Virus record (IMG/VR): IMGVR_UViG_3300046804_003518
Span: 1 to 64,000 of that record
DNA length: 64,000 bases
From: a virus
Strand: one strand, 5' to 3'
In this document: in pieces, positions 59,401 to 64,000 of the stretch
Position numbering within the stretch: position 1 is the first letter of the stretch
How the letters are laid out: every line of letters starts with the position of its first letter
Notes under the pieces: generated by a model
The model's input: only the letters and a program-made list of their open reading frames with translations
The model's database searches: none
Told to the model about the DNA's origin: nothing
Made by a program: the position numbers and the translations under genes

Positions 59401-60370
59401 TACAACAACATTTGCTACTGCATATGCAACCACAACAATATTCAACACAACTACAACATTTGCTACTGCATATGCTACAACAACGGTATTCAATACAACG
59501 ACAACATTCGACACTGTAATTGATACAAACAAGTCAACTACTTCAGTATTCAATACAACCACAACATTTGCTACTGCCTACCAAACATCAGATGTTAAGT
59601 CAACTAACTTTGATACATCAACTGCCTATAACACTCTTGTTGGTACAAGCAAGTCAACAATATCAACATTTGATACATCTACTACATTTCAGACAGCTTA
59701 TGCAACAAATAGAGTTACTGCTACAGATAGATCAACCGACACTATAATTGGCACTTCTAGAGCAACTGAGACATCTAGAAATACAGCTACTGATAGAAAT
59801 ACCGTAACGGCATTTGAAACTGCATATGCTACAAACATTGCAACAACAACCGTATTTGATACATCAACAACATTTGAAACTTCTTATGCTACTGGTAGAA
59901 ACACATCAACCAACCGTTTAACGACATCGGTGTTTGATACATCAACAACATTTGAAACGACGTATGATACAAACTTTGATACACTAACCAACCGTTCAAC
60001 AACATCGGTATTTGATACATCAACAACATTTGAAACAACTTATAATACAAACTTTGATACACTTACAAGCCGCTCAACAACGTCTGTATTTGATACAACA
60101 ACATCATTTGAAACGACGTATGACACAAATATCCTTACATCAACTTCAAGAAATACAGTATCAACATTTGATACCGAGATTGTAACTGTATTTGATACTG
60201 TAACGGTATTCAATACAACAACATCTTACGACTCGCAATATGGCACAGACCGTGCAACAAGTAAGACAACAACTTCTGTGTTCAATACAGCCTATGCTAC
60301 AAATCGCAATACGGCATTCAACACATCACAAAACACAACATTCAATACAACTATCGAAACATACTTCTAA
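56411..60370 (+). CDS. 1319 aa Thr-rich self-complementary beta-hairpin fibre protein
   Basis: Mirror register i+j=1368 verified at residues 49-173/1195-1319 and 583-673/695-785; apex IAYYKWWSNQY. Confidence 0.85.
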   Translation: MPGKLFFNDNGTLREAEILKVNDGGILRTVRDAYVNQNGVLRQIYSATKDTSYETSRSTVFETVIVTTFDTTISTNRNTTTAFVTLFETGYDTSKATATNRNTSTSRATAYATTRTTATVFQTLTVFETTIGTNRVTSTSRATTTSFLTNTVFETTINTARNTATSRATTTIFITNTVFETTINTARNTATSKSTATVFDTNTVFDTTINTARNTATSRSTDSVFDTVIGTNRTTLSVFNTVTAFQTTTAFETAYATTTVFNTTTTFDTVIDTARNTATTRSTTTAYDTGYDTSKITNTVFNTGTIKDTVIDTSRSTATSIATTTVFQTAYATSRATATSRSTDTTIDTSRATATSRSTDTTIDTSRATATSRATDTTIVTSRLTDTSQSTTTTFNTTTTFDTAYATTTTFNTTTTFDTAYATTTTFNTTTTFDTIIATTRATDTSRSTTTTFQTTTVFQTTTTFQTTTTFNTITTYITSLGGNTVFQTTTTFNTITTYITTLVAGTTRATDTSRSTTTTFQTTTVFNTITTYITTLVNATSRATDTSRATTTTFQTTTTFGTTFFFNTSKATTFYFNTTTTFGTTFFFNTSKATTFYFNTSVITTTTFITSAVGLTTFITTAVAGTSKATTFYFNTTYITTAAAATSKATTFYFNTSVGGTTYFSSGFITTFYTVIGIAYYKWWSNQYFGNTTRATSVITSKATTFYFGTSAGGTTYFNTTFYFNTVRGTSAGGTTFFNTTFYFNTSRNTTFYFNTARATTSTFITTLGGITTFITTLGGTTSRATGTSVGGITTFITTLGGTTSRATDTSRATTTTFQTTTTFNTTFFFNTTLATATSRATDTSRATTTTFQTTTAFNTTFFFNTTLATATSRATDTSRATTFFFNTTLATATSRATDTSRVTDTSRATDTSRATTTVFQTTTTFETAYATSRATATSRSTDTTISTSRATATSRATDTTISTSRATATSRATTTVFQTTTAFNTAYATTTVFDTTTTFATAYATTTIFNTTTTFATAYATTTVFNTTTTFDTVIDTNKSTTSVFNTTTTFATAYQTSDVKSTNFDTSTAYNTLVGTSKSTISTFDTSTTFQTAYATNRVTATDRSTDTIIGTSRATETSRNTATDRNTVTAFETAYATNIATTTVFDTSTTFETSYATGRNTSTNRLTTSVFDTSTTFETTYDTNFDTLTNRSTTSVFDTSTTFETTYNTNFDTLTSRSTTSVFDTTTSFETTYDTNILTSTSRNTVSTFDTEIVTVFDTVTVFNTTTSYDSQYGTDRATSKTTTSVFNTAYATNRNTAFNTSQNTTFNTTIETYF
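56858..57080 (+). repeat. 78-bp coding tandem repeat (about 3 copies), N arm
   Basis: Units start at 56858, 56936 and 57014; the first two share 47 identical nt. Confidence 0.85.
59924..60130 (+). repeat. 78-bp coding tandem repeat (about 3 copies), C arm
   Basis: Units start at 59924, 60002 and 60080 (TSVFDTSTTFETTYxTNFDTLTxRST). Confidence 0.85.
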
Positions 60371-60376
60371 ACGCAT

Positions 60377-60384
60377 TATAAATA
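60377..60384 (+). promoter_or_regulatory. T4-type late promoter
   Basis: TATAAATA just after the hairpin-fibre stop. Confidence 0.75.
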
Positions 60385-60412
60385 TTAGCATGTCCCAATT
60401 GAGGTGATTAAC

Positions 60413-60607
60413 ATGATTGATGAACCAAGAGTTAGTAATGAACAGCTTGATAAAAAGCTAGAGTCTTTTGTAGAGGTTGTTCTCCAAAAGATGATTGATC
60501 TCCATCAGGAAATCAAAACGCTAAAAAAGAAAGTCCACGACGCTGAAAAGAAGCTACAGGCCCTTGAACAAGGGTCAACGGAAGTAGACGAGCGTCTTGG
60601 CATTTAA
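60413..60607 (+). CDS. small coiled-coil protein
   Basis: GAGGTG SD, then MIDEPRV... with a heptad pattern. Confidence 0.7.
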   Translation: MIDEPRVSNEQLDKKLESFVEVVLQKMIDLHQEIKTLKKKVHDAEKKLQALEQGSTEVDERLGI

Positions 60608-60621
60608 TAGGAAATTATATT

Positions 60622-61608
60622 ATGGTAGCTGAAGTTCCAGGTAAGGGTGGAAAGAATAAATTCTTTACTATGTCTTCAAATGAGTGGGTAAACGATGATG
60701 TAACCCATTTTATGAAGTCTGGTAATATACTAAGGTCTCCAATCAACGAGAGACTATCCGAAATAGCCAAGCACATTCCTAAGAATCCAAATGGATCCAA
60801 AATTGAGTATGATATCAATTATGGTAGTCCAAGTGGCACAATTGCTGGTTATAAATTTACGGATTTGTTAACTCAGATACTCTATCTTGCTCCATGTAAT
60901 ACCCAAATTGCAACAAAGAATATGATTGATTGCATTAGAAAGGGAGCAACTCCAGAAGGCCATAGAATTGTAGAGGCCCTAAGGGCAAATCTCACCGATA
61001 AGTATCTTTTAGACGAAGACCTTGATCTTGAATACGGCGATGTTAACGAATTAGTGCTCCTCCCAGGTACTAACCTTATAACAAAAGATGCTGTGGACTT
61101 TAAGAAGGTAGACGAACTCTATAATAATGGAGCTTGGGTTAAGCTCCATCCTATTACCGCTAAGGTTTGGCAAACTATGCTTGAAAAAAGATTCAAGGGT
61201 AGAGTTGTAAAAAACGAAGCATCAATGTATCCAATATTGAAGCGCTCAAAGAAGGTTTACTTCACCCTATCCTCTGAAACCGGATGTGCTGCCGTTCTTT
61301 TAGGTAAGGGAATTGGTCTTATTGATAATAAAGAAGCAAAGGTTGGTAAGACATTTGAAGCTGTTTATATGTCACTTGACAGAAGTGGCGTAAAGGATAA
61401 ACTAATTAATAAGTTTGCTGCCCTCATGTCCTACCCTGAATCAGGATTGATTAGCGTTCACCACGAAAATAAAGAAGAATGTATTCAAAGATTTTTTGAC
61501 AACATGAAGCAGCATAGACACGTTACGTTATCAAAGAAGCCTGGTGAAGAAGGGGATGATGTTATTGTAAAAGAGCTAGAACAACAGGGTGGATTGAAGC
61601 AACAATGA
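60622..61608 (+). CDS. KpsC/KpsS-like (capsule synthesis, GT-B) glycosyltransferase-like protein
   Basis: WVKLHP...ILKRSKKVYFTLSSETGCAAVLLGK resembles the K-HP...S..G.EA..GK pattern. Confidence 0.45.
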   Translation: MVAEVPGKGGKNKFFTMSSNEWVNDDVTHFMKSGNILRSPINERLSEIAKHIPKNPNGSKIEYDINYGSPSGTIAGYKFTDLLTQILYLAPCNTQIATKNMIDCIRKGATPEGHRIVEALRANLTDKYLLDEDLDLEYGDVNELVLLPGTNLITKDAVDFKKVDELYNNGAWVKLHPITAKVWQTMLEKRFKGRVVKNEASMYPILKRSKKVYFTLSSETGCAAVLLGKGIGLIDNKEAKVGKTFEAVYMSLDRSGVKDKLINKFAALMSYPESGLISVHHENKEECIQRFFDNMKQHRHVTLSKKPGEEGDDVIVKELEQQGGLKQQ

Positions 61609-62498
61609 AAACTATATTAATTGCCCAACATCATGGTACGTTTTTTACCTTAAATTCTTTAAAAGAAAAAGGTATAACGGATGTAACTATTATTATTCCC
61701 GGTAGCCAAGTTAACAAGTACAATGATATGTACAATAATAACTCTAGCAATCCAGAATATAAGCCATTTGAAAAGTATGACAATTTGGTTTCTTCTTTCC
61801 TAAAGAAGAATAATCTCAATTACAAGGCCTATGTTGTAGAAGATTTTGATGTTAGGAACACATTAGTTTCAACACTAAAGGTTATTGCTGATTTGGGATA
61901 TCAAGAAATTGTAGCGTGCATTTTGAGTGGTACTGTTGTTAATAAAGACTATAGATCAACCGCCAAAGAAGCCTTAAACTTTAAGACATTTGGAATGTGT
62001 TATTCCAGAGTTTATCATGGCCACAATCAGCTCTCAATGTACCACATGCTTGGATTGCCTCAACATGATCCATCATTGGATTTAAACTTTTTTATTGTTG
62101 ACATGAGCAAAATTAAACTTTCTGACTTGCAGAAGGGAGACGGTGAGCTTTTATCTGAGTCTGTTAAGAAAAAGCAAGTAAACATTATTGGTAGAGAATA
62201 TAATGGAAAGGACGATGCGCTAATTGGTACTGCAATTTCTGCTCGCCAAACAATTGCCCACAATCTTAAAATCCAATCAGGTTACATTGTCAACTTATGG
62301 AATAAGTCGATCAAAGCAAATAGTCTATTGAAATCAGAAGAATTCTATGGCTACCCTTTGAATATATACAGCACTCTTGGGGCAAATCTTGACGGGTATC
62401 TACCAAAAAGTACGCTGGATAAGATCATCACGAATGGTAAAGAAACGGAAAAACTCACTAGCGGTCTTTATGAATGTCTGGATATAATTGATCTATAA
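61605..62498 (+). CDS. GT8-like (GT-A fold) glycosyltransferase-like protein
   Basis: DLNFFIVDMSKIK resembles FNSGVMLIDL and GREYN resembles ..YN; no clear DxD. Confidence 0.35.
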   Translation: MKTILIAQHHGTFFTLNSLKEKGITDVTIIIPGSQVNKYNDMYNNNSSNPEYKPFEKYDNLVSSFLKKNNLNYKAYVVEDFDVRNTLVSTLKVIADLGYQEIVACILSGTVVNKDYRSTAKEALNFKTFGMCYSRVYHGHNQLSMYHMLGLPQHDPSLDLNFFIVDMSKIKLSDLQKGDGELLSESVKKKQVNIIGREYNGKDDALIGTAISARQTIAHNLKIQSGYIVNLWNKSIKANSLLKSEEFYGYPLNIYSTLGANLDGYLPKSTLDKIITNGKETEKLTSGLYECLDIIDL

Positions 62499-62501
62499 AT
62501 A
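62494..62501 (+). promoter_or_regulatory. T4-type late promoter
   Basis: TATAAATA upstream of gp13. Confidence 0.75.
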
Positions 62502-62533
62502 CATGTACAGAGTATTTTTAGAGGGTCAATCCC

Positions 62534-63274
62534 ATGGCAGTTCCAGCAACTAGATCTGAATTTAAAGAGTATTGCCTTCGTAAACTAGGTAAGCCAGTCA
62601 TTGAAATCAACGTTGATGATGATCAGGTTGAAGACCGTATTGACGAGGCGTTGAAATACTACTGGGATTATCATTTTGATGGGTCTGAGAAGACATATTA
62701 CAAACATCTAATTACAGCCTCAGATATTGCTAACAAATACATTACTCTACCAGAAAACATTATTGGTGTTGTTAAGCTATTCCCTGTTGGCCAAAGCTTA
62801 AACACAATGAATCTTTTCAACATCCGCTACCAGATTGCGTTAAATGATCTTTACACTCTAACAACGCAATCCATGATTCCATATGTCATGGCAATGCAGC
62901 ATATTCAATTCCTAGAAGAAATTTTAGTTGGCCAGAAGCCAGTCCGTTATAGCAGACACAAAGATAGATTGTTTATTGATATGGATTGGGGCCAGGCTGT
63001 TGAAGGTGAGTATTTTGTTGTGGAGGCGTACCAAGTAATAGATCCAGATACATTTACAGATGTTTGGGGCGATCGCTGGCTATCCCTCTACACAACTGCA
63101 CTTATTAAGTATCAATGGGGATCAAACCTAACTAAATTTACTGGTATGGTTCTTCCTGGTGGCGTTCAATTCAATGGTGAAAAAATCCAGGATGATGCCA
63201 AGGCTGAGATTGAGGCACTAGAGCAAGAAATGCAGACATCATATACATTACCAGCATACCATATGGTAGGATAA
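62534..63274 (+). CDS. 13: neck protein (gp13)
   Basis: EFKEYCLRKLGKPVIEINVDDDQVEDRIDEAL...YTTALIKYQWGSNL...LPGGVQFNG. Confidence 0.95.
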   Translation: MAVPATRSEFKEYCLRKLGKPVIEINVDDDQVEDRIDEALKYYWDYHFDGSEKTYYKHLITASDIANKYITLPENIIGVVKLFPVGQSLNTMNLFNIRYQIALNDLYTLTTQSMIPYVMAMQHIQFLEEILVGQKPVRYSRHKDRLFIDMDWGQAVEGEYFVVEAYQVIDPDTFTDVWGDRWLSLYTTALIKYQWGSNLTKFTGMVLPGGVQFNGEKIQDDAKAEIEALEQEMQTSYTLPAYHMVG

Positions 63275-63275
63275 C

Positions 63276-63944
63276 GTGGCTACCAACTTTTACTTTAATA
63301 ATTTTCAAAATAGCCAAGAACAAAACTTAATTGAAGATCTAGTAATAGAATCAATTAAGATCTATGGCCATGAGGTTTGGTATTGCCCAAGAACAGTTAC
63401 TGTTGAGGAGTCTATCTTCAAAGAAGACCAGCTAGCTGCCTTCAACAATGCCTACTCTATTGAAATGTATATTAAAAATGTTGAGGGCTTTGAGGGTGAG
63501 GGCGATTTCTTATCTAAGTTTGGTTTACAAATTAGAGACAGAATCACATTCACAGTTTCAAGAAGATCATTTACAGATGAAGTAACTGGTCTTACAAGAC
63601 CAAAGGAAGGAGATATGGTCTTCTTTCCATTAACCTCAAAGGGATATGTGGTGAGATTTGTTGAGCACGAGGCAATCTTTTATCAAATGGGTTCACTACA
63701 AACATTTGATCTCGTATGTGAATTGTTTGAGTTTAACCAGGAAACATTCAATACTGGCGTTGATATTATTGATGATACCTATAATGATCTAAGCTTTGCT
63801 ATGGCCAATAATACTCAGCAGGTTACCCAGTTCAATATTTCTACAATCGATAAGCAGGCTCAGAACGAAGAGTTTGAAACAAAGGGTAGCGATATTCTTG
63901 ACTTCACTGAAATCAATCCATTCTCAGAGGCTAATACCTACTAA
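63276..63944 (+). CDS. 14: neck protein (gp14)
   Basis: EQNLIEDLVIESIKIYG...LSKFGLQIRD...RPKEGD; GTG start. Confidence 0.93.
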   Translation: MATNFYFNNFQNSQEQNLIEDLVIESIKIYGHEVWYCPRTVTVEESIFKEDQLAAFNNAYSIEMYIKNVEGFEGEGDFLSKFGLQIRDRITFTVSRRSFTDEVTGLTRPKEGDMVFFPLTSKGYVVRFVEHEAIFYQMGSLQTFDLVCELFEFNQETFNTGVDIIDDTYNDLSFAMANNTQQVTQFNISTIDKQAQNEEFETKGSDILDFTEINPFSEANTY

Positions 63945-64000
63945 TGTTTGGCAACGAATTTTATCACGAGACAATTAGACGCTATGTCATCGTATTTGGT
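63944..64000 (+). CDS. 15: tail terminator (gp15), partial
   Basis: MFGNEFYHETIRRYVIVFG; TAATG overlap with gp14. Confidence 0.85.
   Translation, partial: MFGNEFYHETIRRYVIVFG

Noticed and set aside
56858-60130. 78-bp and 48-bp repeats as a CRISPR array or DGR template/variable repeats
   Set aside because: They are in-frame degenerate coding repeats without unique spacers. No cas or reverse transcriptase gene is present, and there is no adenine-specific variation.
56411-60370. Mirror symmetry as a DNA inverted repeat, cruciform or inverted-repeat misassembly
   Set aside because: Both arms are A/C-rich on the same strand and encode different residues at paired positions; the symmetry exists only at protein level.

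Overview
This is a 64 kb segment of a large T4-like myovirus, with gene order resembling cyanophage and freshwater T4-like phages. 1-7.6 kb (+): small hypothetical genes, DNA ligase, a 2OG-Fe(II) oxygenase, a pyrimidine-dimer glycosylase-like gene, gp59 and gp32. 7.7-13.2 kb (-): gp4, gp2, gp54-like, gp26, gp51 and a tape-measure-like gene. 13.2-30.5 kb (+): baseplate genes (gp48, gp53, hub, gp5, gp25, gp6, gp7, gp8). 30.5-62.5 kb: about 32 kb of fibre/adhesin genes, followed by neck genes gp13, gp14 and the start of gp15. The main discovery is two giant Thr-rich proteins (2035 aa at 22288 and 1319 aa at 56411). They look low-complexity but are self-complementary in mirror register. The 4/6-residue spacing of large residues on one arm is reproduced in reverse on the other arm (i+j=1368 for the 1319 aa protein, i+j=1109 for the 2035 aa protein, in every window I aligned by hand). 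Arg/Lys face Phe/Tyr, and FYF faces small residues. This implies antiparallel beta-hairpin 'zipper' fibres of roughly 140-210 nm with aromatic tip loops, compensatory tandem duplications on both arms, and RNA-like branching. Other observations: beta-sandwich domains split across gene junctions, glycosyltransferase-like genes beside one zipper fibre, a gp5 with a CHAP-like domain instead of lysozyme, a deleted/frameshifted fibre gene, and several unusual promoter arrangements. No tRNA, CRISPR array or mobile element was seen. All family assignments come from motif recognition by eye, not database searches.
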